A stretch of DNA of 64,000 nt from Candidatus Methylomirabilia bacterium. Its GTDB lineage: Bacteria > Methylomirabilota > Methylomirabilia > Rokubacteriales > CSP1-6. The first letter of the stretch is position 1; every line of letters begins with the position of its first letter. The translations under genes and the position numbers were made by a program. The notes under the pieces are model-generated. The model was not told where the DNA came from. It saw nothing but the letters and a program-made list of their open reading frames with translations, and did not search any database. The DNA lies in the NCBI GenBank assembly GCA_046758965.1, contig JBHIBG010000008.1, positions 2,910-66,909 of the forward strand. The letters are read 5' to 3'. This document shows, in pieces, positions 38,366 through 48,421 of the stretch.

Positions 38366-38528
38366 ACCTCAGACCATACTGTAGAACTCCCGAGCCCTGC
38401 AAGCACATTCTCCGTTCAGACCAGGCGGGAGAGTCCCCGGCGATCGGGAGGCCAATCCCCGGTAGCGGCCGGGCACTGATCTCCCAAGGGAAGTGGCGGC
38501 GCCGCTATTCTGCTCGGGCTGGTCGGGG
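38366..38528. ncRNA. Candidate rod-shaped structured RNA (6S RNA-like)
   Basis: Nested complementary segments GACCA/TGGTC, CCCGAGC/GCTCGGG, GGGAGA/TCTCCC and CCCGGC/GCCGGG, with an unpaired internal region, in an ORF-free gap between convergent genes. Confidence 0.4.
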
Positions 38529-38562
38529 CCGCGCGGTTCTTAGAACGAATCAGGCCGCGCCA

Positions 38563-39327
38563 TCACGCGGCGCGGCCTTGCTCGGCCAGGGCGGTAATGA
38601 TATAGGTGCCGCTTTTCGCGTCTCGCTCGAGGGTGACGAGCTTGTGCGTGGCGGCATCCTCCAGGAGCTTGCTGAACGTCGAGTAGCCGTAGTAGGACTC
38701 GTTGAAGGCAGGGTTCTTCCGGATCATGGTCTGTTTCACCATCGAACCCCAGAGCGTCTCCTTGTTCTCTCTCCGGAGGGCGTGGATCGCCTCCGCCAGC
38801 TGGCCGAAGGCTTCGGCCTTCTTCTCCGGCAGCCCGCGGAGCAGTGGGGTCTGCCTGGACTCCCGCATCAGATCCTCGTAGAAGATAAACTCGTCACAGT
38901 TTCCCACCAGGAGCTCTGAGGAGGAGGACTTCACCCCGAGCCCGATCACGTAGCGATCGTTCTCCCGGAGCTTGGAGACGAGCGGTGAGAAGTCCGAGTC
39001 GCCCGAGACCATGGCGAAGGTGTCGATGTGCTCCTTGGCGTGGCAGAGGTCCATGGCGTCCACCACCATGCGGATGTCCGCCGAATTCTTGCCGCTGTAG
39101 CGGCTCTGCGGGATGTCGATGAGTTCGATCGACTGCTCGTGGAAGGGGCGCTTGTACTCAGCGTAGCGGCTCCAGTCTGCATAGGCCCGCTTCACCATGA
39201 TCTTGCCCTTTTCCACCAACCGCTCGAGGACCAGCTTGATGTCAAACCCCTTGTAACGGGCCTCCTTCACGCCGCGGGCGATGTTCTCGAAGTCGATGAA
39301 TAGTGCGAGTTTGCGTTCTTCGTTCAT
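38563..39327 (-). CDS. NYN-domain protein with C-terminal LOTUS/OST-HTH domain
   Basis: ALFIDFENI, KRAYADW, GKNSADIRMVVDA, SGDSDF; YGYSTFSKLLE. Confidence 0.92.
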   Translation of the reverse strand: MNEERKLALFIDFENIARGVKEARYKGFDIKLVLERLVEKGKIMVKRAYADWSRYAEYKRPFHEQSIELIDIPQSRYSGKNSADIRMVVDAMDLCHAKEHIDTFAMVSGDSDFSPLVSKLRENDRYVIGLGVKSSSSELLVGNCDEFIFYEDLMRESRQTPLLRGLPEKKAEAFGQLAEAIHALRRENKETLWGSMVKQTMIRKNPAFNESYYGYSTFSKLLEDAATHKLVTLERDAKSGTYIITALAEQGRAA

Positions 39328-39639
39328 ACCCTAACCTTCCTGGAGGCGCGGGGGTGCTGGCGCGATCCCAGTCGGCCCGCCGCCCCGCCCGAATGTCTCA
39401 TTCCGGCAAACCTCATCGGCTATTATAGCGCTTCGACCAGATCCTCAATCGCCTTTTCTCTTCGAGAGCTCACGATAGCTGACGTACCGGTGTGGGCTTG
39501 CAGGCCGGGAGCCGGGATGGGGCCGACGTGTTGCTCACGGGCAGGACCCCGAGACCGCGGCCGAGCGGTAGTGTATAGTAGGAGGGCGATGAGCGGGAGT
39601 GGAGAAGATGAGCGTGCTCCGATCTCCTGGAGGTGACTC

Positions 39640-40281
39640 ATGAGCGAAGTGGATCCCGAGCTGGCCAGGCGTCTCCCGCCGGGCCAAGTCCTCACCAAGA
39701 AGTGGCCCGTGCTGACCTTCGGGAGGAACCCTCGGGTTGGCCTCGCGAGCTGGACCTTCCGCTGCTTCGGGCTGGTGGAGGAGGAAGTGCGCTGGACCTG
39801 GGAGGAATTCGTGAAACTCCCGCGGGTCGAGATCGTCTCGGATGTCCATTGCGTCACCCGTTGGAGCCGGCTCGATATGCAGTGGGAAGGGGTTCACATT
39901 CGAGAGATCATGAAGCACGTGCGACTCAAGCCCGAAGCCAGTGTGGTCATGGTCCACGCGTATCCCGACTATACCACCAACATCGCCCTCGAGGACCTGG
40001 TGGATGACGACGTCCTCCTGGCCTTCAAGGCGGATGGTCGGGAGCTTGAACCAGAGCACGGCGGGCCCTGCCGCCTAGTCGTGCCCAAGCTCTACTTCTG
40101 GAAGAGCGCGAAGTGGGTGCGGGGGTTCGAGTTCATGGAGGTCAACGCGCCGGGCTTCTGGGAGGTCAACGGCTATCACCTCCACGCCGATCCCTGGAAG
40201 GAGGAGCGCTACTCGGATCAGGAGACCAACGCCATGCAGCGGATGCGGGCGGAGGCCGCCCGAAAGCTTCGCGAGCAGTAG
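39640..40281 (+). CDS. Sulfite oxidase-like molybdopterin oxidoreductase
   Basis: [44 protein letters not shown]. Confidence 0.92.
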   Translation: MSEVDPELARRLPPGQVLTKKWPVLTFGRNPRVGLASWTFRCFGLVEEEVRWTWEEFVKLPRVEIVSDVHCVTRWSRLDMQWEGVHIREIMKHVRLKPEASVVMVHAYPDYTTNIALEDLVDDDVLLAFKADGRELEPEHGGPCRLVVPKLYFWKSAKWVRGFEFMEVNAPGFWEVNGYHLHADPWKEERYSDQETNAMQRMRAEAARKLREQ

Positions 40282-40337
40282 TCGCTGGCGCTCGGTCGCC
40301 CCGCTACTTCCTCGAACATGGCCGCGAAGCCGGCGAC

Positions 40338-41177
40338 TCACCGCGGAGGGTCGTTCAGGAGGAACTGACGCACGACCTTCGCGAAGCTCTCGGGCTGGTC
40401 GCCCGCGACGGTGTGGCCCGCCTCGGGTAGCTCTGCCAAGCGGGAGTCCTTGAGCGTCTCCAGCATGCGCTTGGCGATCTCGGGGGAGAGGACGTCAGAC
40501 TCCCCGCCCCGAACGATCAGGGTGGGGCAGGCGATGGTGGCGAGGTCTGGCCAGAGGTTCGGGAGGTCGCGCGCCCCGCTCCGGGCCTGATCGCGCAGCG
40601 CCTTGTCATACTTCCAGGCGAGCCTGCCCGTCGCCAGACGGTTGAAGCCGTGCTTGACCCGGTGGCGGAGAAGCGGCTCGGAGTAGCGCGGCGCCGCGGC
40701 GCGAAGGAGCTGATAGGCCTGCTCCTCTGAATCGAGCTCCTCGGGCACGGTGGACACCATGGTCAGAATGCGCCTGAGCCCCTCGGGGGCGATTTCAGGG
40801 CCGATGTCCACGAGCACCAACCGGTCCACGCGTTCCCGATGGGCGGCGGCGTAAGCGATGGACACCCGGCCGCCCATCGAGAGGCCGAGAAGGCTGAACC
40901 GGCCGGGGCAGAGGGCATCGACGAACGCCGCCAGATCGCCGGCCATGGAGGCGATGCGGTAGTCGGCATCGGGCGCCCGGACGCTGTCGCCGTGGCCCCG
41001 CTGGTCCAGGGCTAGGACCCTGAAGCGATCGGCCACGGCCTCTGCGAAGTGATCCCAGGTGCGGGCATGGCCCGTGAAGCCGTGGAGCAGGACGAGGGCC
41101 GGAGCGTCAGGGGCTCCCCACTCGAGGTAATGGAACTTGAGCCCGTTCAACGTGATCCAGCAATCGCGCCGAGTCAT
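40338..41177 (-). CDS. Alpha/beta hydrolase
   Basis: LLHGF, DQRGHGDS, GLSMGG, AGH. Confidence 0.9.
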   Translation of the reverse strand: MTRRDCWITLNGLKFHYLEWGAPDAPALVLLHGFTGHARTWDHFAEAVADRFRVLALDQRGHGDSVRAPDADYRIASMAGDLAAFVDALCPGRFSLLGLSMGGRVSIAYAAAHRERVDRLVLVDIGPEIAPEGLRRILTMVSTVPEELDSEEQAYQLLRAAAPRYSEPLLRHRVKHGFNRLATGRLAWKYDKALRDQARSGARDLPNLWPDLATIACPTLIVRGGESDVLSPEIAKRMLETLKDSRLAELPEAGHTVAGDQPESFAKVVRQFLLNDPPR

Positions 41178-41303
41178 AGATCCTCGTCGGAAACGAGAGT
41201 GCACAAGCGGGAAGCAGTGTAGTGGCTGCTCGAGGCGCTGTCAAGGCGCCTCCCGCCGGGGAGGCGCGAAGGATCTCCTTGATCTGCTGTGAAGGGAGGA
41301 ACC

Positions 41304-41720
41304 ATGGCCAAGAACACGCAGGCGCTGATCAAGAGGATGAAGCAGGCGCGGGGGTATCTCTACCCCGAGTGGGAGCTGGCCGCCGAGATGGATCCCGACT
41401 TCTTCGAGGCCTACGACCGACTGTACCGCGAAGCGCTCGCCAAGAGTGACGGGCTTCCGATCAAGTACCGGGAGCTGGTGGCTCTGGGGATCCTGGCGTT
41501 CAGGGGAGTGAGCGCCGATGCCCTCATGAACCACATCCGGAGGGCCTACCGGCATGGCGCGACGCGCAAGGAGCTGCTGGGGGCCCTGCAAGCGACCATG
41601 GTCCCGGGAGGAGCGGTGACTTTCCTGAACGGGCTCCGCGCCCTGGCTCGGGTGGAACGCGACGGGAAAGGCGGCACCGAGGCGAAACGTCGGGCGCCGG
41701 CTAGGCTCGGGTCACAGTGA
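41304..41720 (+). CDS. Carboxymuconolactone decarboxylase (CMD) family protein
   Basis: LPIKYRELVALGILA...HIRRAYRHGATRKEL. RBS GGAGG. Confidence 0.82.
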   Translation: MAKNTQALIKRMKQARGYLYPEWELAAEMDPDFFEAYDRLYREALAKSDGLPIKYRELVALGILAFRGVSADALMNHIRRAYRHGATRKELLGALQATMVPGGAVTFLNGLRALARVERDGKGGTEAKRRAPARLGSQ

Positions 41721-41985
41721 CGACCAGACCGATTTCGGCCAGGATGCTCCCCACCCGGACGCACTCCTCTTCGGTTCCCGCCTTCACGACAGCTTTCCCG
41801 GTGTTGTGGACCTGCCACGCCAGCTCCCATCCCTCGGCTTCCGAGCAGCCGATCGCCTTCATGAGCTGGCGCACCACCTCCTCGAAGGTGTGGCAGTCAC
41901 AGTTGTGGAGGACCGTGATCCAGGGTGGGCCGGCGGCGGCCTCGACTTCGCCCAGGGTCTCAGGAAGTGGCCGGGTCAGTCCCAT
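41701..41985 (-). CDS. clpS: ATP-dependent Clp protease adaptor ClpS-like
   Basis: WITVLHNCDCHTFEEVV...QVHNTGKAVV; Cys replaces the usual N-D-D acidic residue. Confidence 0.78.
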   Translation of the reverse strand: MGLTRPLPETLGEVEAAAGPPWITVLHNCDCHTFEEVVRQLMKAIGCSEAEGWELAWQVHNTGKAVVKAGTEEECVRVGSILAEIGLVVTVTRA

Positions 41986-42006
41986 CGGGTGTTCCTCGCC
42001 TGCCGG

Positions 42007-43317
42007 TCATCCCTTGATCTCCCGGAGCAGCTCTCGGGCGATGAGGAACTTCATGATCTCGTCCGAGCCCGCGCCGATCCGCATGAGCCGGGCGTTTCGG
42101 AAGATCTGTTGGATCGGGAAATCGGTGGTGTAGCCGATCCCTCCCAGCACCTGCATCGCCTGGTCCGCCACCTGCCAGACCGCCTCCGCTGCGAAGAGCT
42201 TGGTGACCGCTGACTCGCGCTGGGCCGGAAGCCCGGCGTCGATCATCTTGGCGGTCCGGTAAACCAGCTGACGGGCGGCATCGAGTCGAGCATACATCTC
42301 CGCCAGCTTGAACGACACGCCCTCGAACATCGCGATGGGTTGCTTGAACTGGATCCGCTTCGTGGAATACTCGGCCGCGATCTCGAAAGCCCGGCGGGCC
42401 GAACCCAGGCTGGCCATGGCGTAGGTCACTCGCTCCGTGTCCAGCTCATCCATCAGGACATGGTAGCCCCCGTTGACCGGACCCAGGAGGTTTTCCCGGG
42501 GGATATCCACGTCGGTGAGCTCGAAGTGGACGTTATCCATCCAGTCCGCCATAATCACCTCGTCGAGCTGCCGCCGGATCCGAATCCCGGGATGGTCCAT
42601 GGGGACGATGAAGCAGGACATCCCCTTGTGCGGGTGGATGGAGGAGTCGGTGAGAGCGAAGAGCGTCACGTAATCGGCCAACCCGCCCCCCGTGCAGAAT
42701 CGCTTCTGACCGTTGAGGACCCACCGATCGCCCTTCAAGACCGCTTTCGTCTGCATTCTGGAGGTGTCTGAGCCGATCTGGGGCTCGGTGATGGCGAGGG
42801 CGGCCAGCTCCTCTCCCGCCAGCCGCGAGGGGATGTGGCGCCGCTTCTGCTCTTCGGTACCGTAGCGGAGGATGGAGATCGTGCCCAGGGTGAGCGACAC
42901 GGAGCGGATCGAGTCTCCCGGGTGCCCCGCTGCGGCCAGCTCCTCGTCGATGGTGCACTGGGCGACGACTCCGGCGCCGCTGCCGCCGTACTGCTCCGGG
43001 TACAGGGCCCCGGTGAATCCCGCTTCGGCGAGGGCTTTCAAGTAGTCCTTGGCGATGGCGCGAAGCTTCTCCCGGCGCTCGGCGCCCTGGAGCTTCGCCT
43101 TGATCTCCTTCACCTGCCCGTGAGCCTCAACCGCTTTGGGCGCCAGTTCCTGCTGGGCGAAGGCTCGGGCTCTGAGCATCAGCTCGCGCTCCTCGGGGGC
43201 GTAGAGGTGGGTCTGGCCCGCGCTGACGGACCACCCCCCCGGCATCTTCATATCCTCCAGGGTGATACCTTGAAAGAGTTCTTCGTCCACGGTTCGACTC
43301 CTTTCAGACGAGGGCAC
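42007..43317 (-). CDS. Acyl-CoA dehydrogenase
   Basis: AITEPQIGSD, NGQKRF, RIQFKQPI, GGIGY, IGAGSDEI. Confidence 0.92.
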   Translation of the reverse strand: MPSSERSRTVDEELFQGITLEDMKMPGGWSVSAGQTHLYAPEERELMLRARAFAQQELAPKAVEAHGQVKEIKAKLQGAERREKLRAIAKDYLKALAEAGFTGALYPEQYGGSGAGVVAQCTIDEELAAAGHPGDSIRSVSLTLGTISILRYGTEEQKRRHIPSRLAGEELAALAITEPQIGSDTSRMQTKAVLKGDRWVLNGQKRFCTGGGLADYVTLFALTDSSIHPHKGMSCFIVPMDHPGIRIRRQLDEVIMADWMDNVHFELTDVDIPRENLLGPVNGGYHVLMDELDTERVTYAMASLGSARRAFEIAAEYSTKRIQFKQPIAMFEGVSFKLAEMYARLDAARQLVYRTAKMIDAGLPAQRESAVTKLFAAEAVWQVADQAMQVLGGIGYTTDFPIQQIFRNARLMRIGAGSDEIMKFLIARELLREIKG

Positions 43318-43335
43318 CGGCCTGGTGAAGATGGA

Positions 43336-43818
43336 TCAATAGGGAAGCTTCCCTTCGCCTAGGGTGGCGTGGCCTTTCTTCGGCAGCAGGACATGGCGCC
43401 GGAAGGTCATGACCCGCTCGCCGCGCTGGTTGCTCACCCGCGTCTCCACGTACACCACGCCCCGATCGTCCTTGGACGAACCTTTCTTGTCCAGCACCGT
43501 ACTCTCCGCGTAGAGGGTGTCGCCATGGAAGGTGGGGGCGTCGTGAGTGATCTTCTCGTAGTCGAGGTTGGCGATGGCGCGACCCGAGATGTCTGCCACC
43601 GTCATCCCGACGCCCACGGCGAAGACGAGAGTTCCGTTGACCAGGCGCTGGCCATGCTGGGTGTACGTCTCGGCGTAGTGGGCATCGATGTGGACCGGGT
43701 GCTGGTTCATCGTCAGCAGGGTGAACCAGGTGTCGTCCGCCTCGGTGATGGTGCGGCCGGGCCAGTGCTTGATCACCTCCCCGGTCTTGAATTCCTCGAA
43801 GTACCGTCCGAACGGCAT
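43336..43818 (-). CDS. MaoC-family (R)-hydratase/dehydratase
   Basis: GRYFEEF, GRTITEAD, MNQHPVHID, PTFHGDTL. Confidence 0.92.
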   Translation of the reverse strand: MPFGRYFEEFKTGEVIKHWPGRTITEADDTWFTLLTMNQHPVHIDAHYAETYTQHGQRLVNGTLVFAVGVGMTVADISGRAIANLDYEKITHDAPTFHGDTLYAESTVLDKKGSSKDDRGVVYVETRVSNQRGERVMTFRRHVLLPKKGHATLGEGKLPY

Positions 43819-43824
43819 GGGGTG

Positions 43825-46158
43825 CTAGGCTGAATGCGTTGTGAGGAGCTGGTGGGTGATCCGAAGGCGCAGGAGCTCGGTGCTCCCCTCCCCGACGACC
43901 AGCAGCGGGGCGTCCCGGTAGTAGCGCTCCACCGGGAAGTCGGTGATATAGCCGTAGCCGCCGTGGATCCGCATGGCGTCGAGGGCCACCTCATACGCCA
44001 TCTCAGAGGCGAAGAGCTTGGCCATCCCGGCCTCGAGCGAGGCGCCTTCGCCCGCATCCCTCTTCTCGGCAGCCCGGAGGGTGAGGAGGCGGGCGGCTGT
44101 CAGCCTGGTGCCCATGTCGGCCAGCTTGAGCTGGATGGCTTGGTGCTGGCAGATCGGCTTGCCGAAGGCGCTCCGCTGCTGGGAGTACCGGAGGGCCGCT
44201 TCGAACGCGGCCTGTGCGACCCCCACGCCTCGCGCCGCGATGGCGATCTCGTCGCTCTCGGTCCCCGCCATGACCACCGCGAAGCCCTCCCCCTCTCGCT
44301 CACCGACCAGGTTGCCGGCCGGGACGCGGAACTCCTCCAAAATCATCTCGCAGGTCCGGAGCCCCCGGAAACCCAGCATGGCCAGGTCCCGGCTCACCGT
44401 CAAGCCCGGGCCGCCCTTCTCGACGATGAAGCACGAGAGTCCGCTCTCGGGCGATCCCGCCTCGGGGTCGGTCTTGGCCAGGAGCGCGAAGATCGCGCCG
44501 TGGCGCCCATTGGTGACGAACATCTGTGAGCCGGTGATGACGTAGGAGTCGCCGTCGCGCCTGGCAACTGTGCGAACGGCCTGGAGGTCGGGGCCGCCAC
44601 TGGCCTCGCTGAGGGCCAGGCCTCCGAGCTTGTCGCCCGTGGCCAGAGCGGGCAGGAACCGACGGCGCTGTGCCTCGGTGCCGGACCGGGTCACGATGGC
44701 GGCCAGGCTCAGATGGGCGGTGAGGATTGCCGAGAGTGACATCCACCCCCGCGAGATCTCCTCGAGGAGCATGGCGCAGGTCGTGGAGTCCAGGCCGAGC
44801 CCGCCGTATTCCTGGGGGATGGTGGCGCCCAGCAGCCCGAGCTCCCTGAGCTTCTCCACGATCTCGAAGGGGTCCTCGTCAGCCCGCTCGTACCGCGACG
44901 CGAGGGGGATCACGTCCTTCTCGACGAAGGTCCGGACAAGCTGGACCAGCTGGCGCCGCTCCACCGGCTCTCCCTCGAGCGCGTGCAAGGCTCCATGCCG
45001 CTCGCCGTACCGCTCCAGGAGCTGGCGCGCGATGACGAGGCGTTGGATCTCGTTGGTCCCCTCGCCGATGATCATCAGCGGGGTGTCGCGGTAGTAGCGC
45101 TCCACACGGTACTCTTTGAGGGAGCCGTGGCCGCCGTGGATCCGCATGGAGTCCATCGCGATCTCTTGCGCTGCCTCCGAGGCAAAGAGCTTGGCCATCC
45201 CGGCCTCGAGGTCGCACCGCTGGCCCGCGTCCTTCTTCTTGGCGGCCCAGGTCGCCAGCAGGCGGGCGGCGCTGAGTTCGGTGACCATGTCAGCCAGCCT
45301 GAGCTGGATAGCCTGGCGCCCGGCGCCGGAGTGATCGGACGGGGGCCTGAGCTGCGCGTACCGGAGCGCATCCTCGAACGCTGCCTGGGCGACTCCCACG
45401 GCGCGGGCCGCGATGTTGATCCGTCCGGTTTCGAGCCCGGCCATGACGTGCTTGAAGCCCCGCCCCTCCACACCCCCCACGAGATTGTCGGCAGGGACTG
45501 ACACGTCCTCAAAGACGAGCTCGACGGTGTCCAACCCCTTGTAGCCGAGCTTGGAGAGGCTCTGGGCCACCTGAAACCCGGGATGCCCCTTCTCGACGAT
45601 GAAGCAGGACATCCCTCTGTGGGGCGGGCTGGCGGCCGGGTCGGTTCTGGCCAGGAGGGCGAAGGTGTTCCCCTCCCGGCCGTTGGTGACGAACATCTTG
45701 GTGCCGGTAATGCGGTAGGCCTCTCCCTGGCGCCTCGCCACCGTCCGAATCGCCTGCACGTCAGACCCGGCATGGGGCTCGGTCAGGCAGAGCCCCCCGC
45801 GCTTGTCTCCCCTGGCCATGGCTGGGAGGAACCGTTCTCTCTGCTCCTCGGTGCCGAAGTCCGTGACGATGAGGGCCATGATCAGGTGGCTGTTGATCAC
45901 GCCGGCGAGCGACATCCACCCCCGGCAGAGCTCCTCGATAACCAAGGCGTACGCGGTCGAGGTGAGCCCGAGCCCGCCGAAGGCTTTCGGAATGAGGCAT
46001 CCAAAGAGCCCGAGTTCCTTCATCCGCGCGACCAGGTCGTGAGGGTAGATGTCGTCGTGCTCGAGGGCGGAGGCCACCGGCTTGACCTCCTTCTCCACGA
46101 ACTCACGGACGAGAGTGACGATCTGAGGGTCCTGGTCGGCAAGGGCGATGGCTGCCAT
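43825..46158 (-). CDS. Tandem two-domain acyl-CoA dehydrogenase (777 aa)
   Basis: Two complete ACAD modules: LTEPHAGSD...VERYYRD...GEGTNEI and LSEASGGPD...VERYYRD...GEGSTEL. Confidence 0.9.
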   Translation of the reverse strand: MAAIALADQDPQIVTLVREFVEKEVKPVASALEHDDIYPHDLVARMKELGLFGCLIPKAFGGLGLTSTAYALVIEELCRGWMSLAGVINSHLIMALIVTDFGTEEQRERFLPAMARGDKRGGLCLTEPHAGSDVQAIRTVARRQGEAYRITGTKMFVTNGREGNTFALLARTDPAASPPHRGMSCFIVEKGHPGFQVAQSLSKLGYKGLDTVELVFEDVSVPADNLVGGVEGRGFKHVMAGLETGRINIAARAVGVAQAAFEDALRYAQLRPPSDHSGAGRQAIQLRLADMVTELSAARLLATWAAKKKDAGQRCDLEAGMAKLFASEAAQEIAMDSMRIHGGHGSLKEYRVERYYRDTPLMIIGEGTNEIQRLVIARQLLERYGERHGALHALEGEPVERRQLVQLVRTFVEKDVIPLASRYERADEDPFEIVEKLRELGLLGATIPQEYGGLGLDSTTCAMLLEEISRGWMSLSAILTAHLSLAAIVTRSGTEAQRRRFLPALATGDKLGGLALSEASGGPDLQAVRTVARRDGDSYVITGSQMFVTNGRHGAIFALLAKTDPEAGSPESGLSCFIVEKGGPGLTVSRDLAMLGFRGLRTCEMILEEFRVPAGNLVGEREGEGFAVVMAGTESDEIAIAARGVGVAQAAFEAALRYSQQRSAFGKPICQHQAIQLKLADMGTRLTAARLLTLRAAEKRDAGEGASLEAGMAKLFASEMAYEVALDAMRIHGGYGYITDFPVERYYRDAPLLVVGEGSTELLRLRITHQLLTTHSA

Positions 46159-46283
46159 GGTCCGGGTTGGGTTGACTGAAATTCAGTAACGCCAGCCTAG
46201 CAATCCTGAGGGTACAATTGCAAGGGGCCCAAAGCCAGTGGCCGAGCCTGCTCGTGCCAACGTTGGATTGGGTGACGCCAAGA

Positions 46284-47612
46284 TCAAAAGGCGTAGGAGA
46301 TCCGGACGCGCACCCTGTCGTTGTCCCGGAACGTCCCAAAGAAGGTATCACGTCGGCCGCCCAGAACATCTCCCCCGAGCACGATGGTCATCCCGTCCAT
46401 CGGTTGCCACGAGAGTTCCGGCTGGAGCACGAAGTCACCCTCCTCCAAGTTCACAAACCCTTCCAGCCTCACGCGAAGGAACTCGGTGTACTTCCAGGTG
46501 GTGTTGAGCAGGAGGGCGTGGCGAAAGAAGTGGAGGAGTCCGCCGACCTCTTCCTGATTCGCCGCACCCCGCTGGGGGAGCTCGGTGTCGAGGGCGTATT
46601 CGACGATCACGAAGAGGCTCTGGCCCACGGGGATCCGCGAAAACGTGCGGTCCACACCCCCGGTGAAGCGGAGATAGGGGTCACCGACCTCGCTGTCGTC
46701 GGACTCCAGGTCCGTCGTAAGCGTGTACGCAGCCTCGGCGCGGAGGCCCCACTCCGAAATGACTGTCGCGAAGTCTCCCCCGACGATGTGGATCCGCTTA
46801 TGGACGGGGACGAGCGTGATGGTCGCCTCGCTGCCGACAGGGTCGACCCGGGTCACCTCTTGTCGGATGATCGTTGGCACCCGGTCGTAGCCGTAATAGT
46901 ACATGCCGGCGAAGTCCCATCCGCGTGATGAGCCGTTCAGCCGGACCCCGATCTGACCTGACTCGAGCGTCCGCGAGGGCTCCACTCTCCGACCCTCGCG
47001 GAAGGTCAGCCGGGCCCGGCCGAGACCCGGCACTTCCCCTTCCTCAGGGAGGGCGGTCCACCGGTTTTCCGCCCTGAAGGACGTCATGTCCGGGTCGAAG
47101 ACCGGAACCCACACTCCCTCCAACGTCAAGCCGCCGGGGAAGAGATCGAGCTTCACGGCGTCGATAGCTTCTTCCCGGTCCTCGATCAGGTCGGTGTAGT
47201 CGTGGCGCTTGAAGACATCGGTGGGCTTGAGGCTGTCCGCCCGACCCCAGGTGATGAACTGCCGGCCGATCCGAGCAGCCCAGGTCTCGCGGTCCAGGTC
47301 AAGAAAGCCCTCGTAAGGATAGATCCGTGATCGCTCCTCTTCTGAGAAGTCCTGCCGGAGGGCCAGGGAGAAGCGGAAAAAGATGCTCTCGGAGGGTGCC
47401 CACTCGACCTCCGGGATCGCGGTCAGGGCGTTCCGGCTATCCGTCTGGACGCCCCCGCGGGCGCCCAGGTAAGAGAAATGCTCGTACTCCAGCGGAAGCC
47501 GGAAGTGCGCCTTCGCTAACTCTTCGGCCGAGGCTGAACGCAACACGCCGGCGCCCAGACCCAGGACGAGGAGAAGCACCCAGGGCCAGCGAGCGTGCAC
47601 CGCACGGATCAC
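46284..47612 (-). CDS. Outer-membrane beta-barrel protein (DUF1302-like)
   Basis: Signal peptide from GTG 47612, RIGRQFITWGRAD...PTD motif, C-terminal FGTFRDNDRVRVRISYAF. Confidence 0.75.
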   Translation of the reverse strand: MIRAVHARWPWVLLLVLGLGAGVLRSASAEELAKAHFRLPLEYEHFSYLGARGGVQTDSRNALTAIPEVEWAPSESIFFRFSLALRQDFSEEERSRIYPYEGFLDLDRETWAARIGRQFITWGRADSLKPTDVFKRHDYTDLIEDREEAIDAVKLDLFPGGLTLEGVWVPVFDPDMTSFRAENRWTALPEEGEVPGLGRARLTFREGRRVEPSRTLESGQIGVRLNGSSRGWDFAGMYYYGYDRVPTIIRQEVTRVDPVGSEATITLVPVHKRIHIVGGDFATVISEWGLRAEAAYTLTTDLESDDSEVGDPYLRFTGGVDRTFSRIPVGQSLFVIVEYALDTELPQRGAANQEEVGGLLHFFRHALLLNTTWKYTEFLRVRLEGFVNLEEGDFVLQPELSWQPMDGMTIVLGGDVLGGRRDTFFGTFRDNDRVRVRISYAF

Positions 47613-48421
47613 CTTCCACGCTTCAGGTATCGTTCCGTGAAATAGCGCTTTGGCACCCCCAGGCCAATCTTCCGGCTGTGGTAGTTCACGATGGTCACGT
47701 GCCGGCGGCCGAAGTCCTCCATGCGCATCTGGCGCCAGCGATAGTTGCCCGACACCCGCTCGAGTCCGGCCATGGTGAGACGCTTGAAGAAGGCTCCGTC
47801 GCGATTGTAGTAGTCCACGCGTAGGATCACGTCGCGGGCGGGGTCCACCCAGCTGACTGTCTTCGAGTACGCGGTCTCGCGCTGGAGCTTTTCGGCGACC
47901 GGCACAGCCTTGATCACGAGGCAGCGCACCCCCTCCAGCGTCTCCTGCCCACGGCTTGTGTGGCGGTACTCTTCGATCTTCGCGCGCATGATGTCCTCGT
48001 ACAGGAAGTCGGTCCCCATGTATCGGTTGCCGCGGTTCGCGGGAGCGACCCGGCGGGTGGCGTGGTAGGCGGGCAGGTACATCCACTGGTCGTTGTCCCG
48101 GTCGGAATGCTCGATCGTGAGCACGCCACTCTTTCGAAAGTCAGGCGGCGAGTGAAAGCGGATCAGCCGCATCTCGTCGAGCGAGCCAGGCGCAATCTGC
48201 CGCTCGTAGACGGTCCCGGTGCGCTCGCGGATCCGGCCCGAAGAGTCGATGAGCTGCATGGTGAAGTCCACCTTCTCGTCGGTGGCCGTGTCCTGGCGTT
48301 GGACGCGGCGCATCACTTCCGCCGCGTCGCGTTGCTGTCCGGCAGCGAGACCGGCCGCGAGCAGCAGGGTTGCCGTCGCCAGATACCCCAAGGCGTGCCG
48401 CAGCACCCGGCTCCGCGTCAT
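47609..48421 (-). CDS. Outer-membrane lipoprotein-sorting protein (LolA-like)
   Basis: Signal peptide, F.SPPD, DNDQWMYLPA...RR, YMGTDFLYED, YSK. Confidence 0.85.
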   Translation of the reverse strand: MTRSRVLRHALGYLATATLLLAAGLAAGQQRDAAEVMRRVQRQDTATDEKVDFTMQLIDSSGRIRERTGTVYERQIAPGSLDEMRLIRFHSPPDFRKSGVLTIEHSDRDNDQWMYLPAYHATRRVAPANRGNRYMGTDFLYEDIMRAKIEEYRHTSRGQETLEGVRCLVIKAVPVAEKLQRETAYSKTVSWVDPARDVILRVDYYNRDGAFFKRLTMAGLERVSGNYRWRQMRMEDFGRRHVTIVNYHSRKIGLGVPKRYFTERYLKRGR

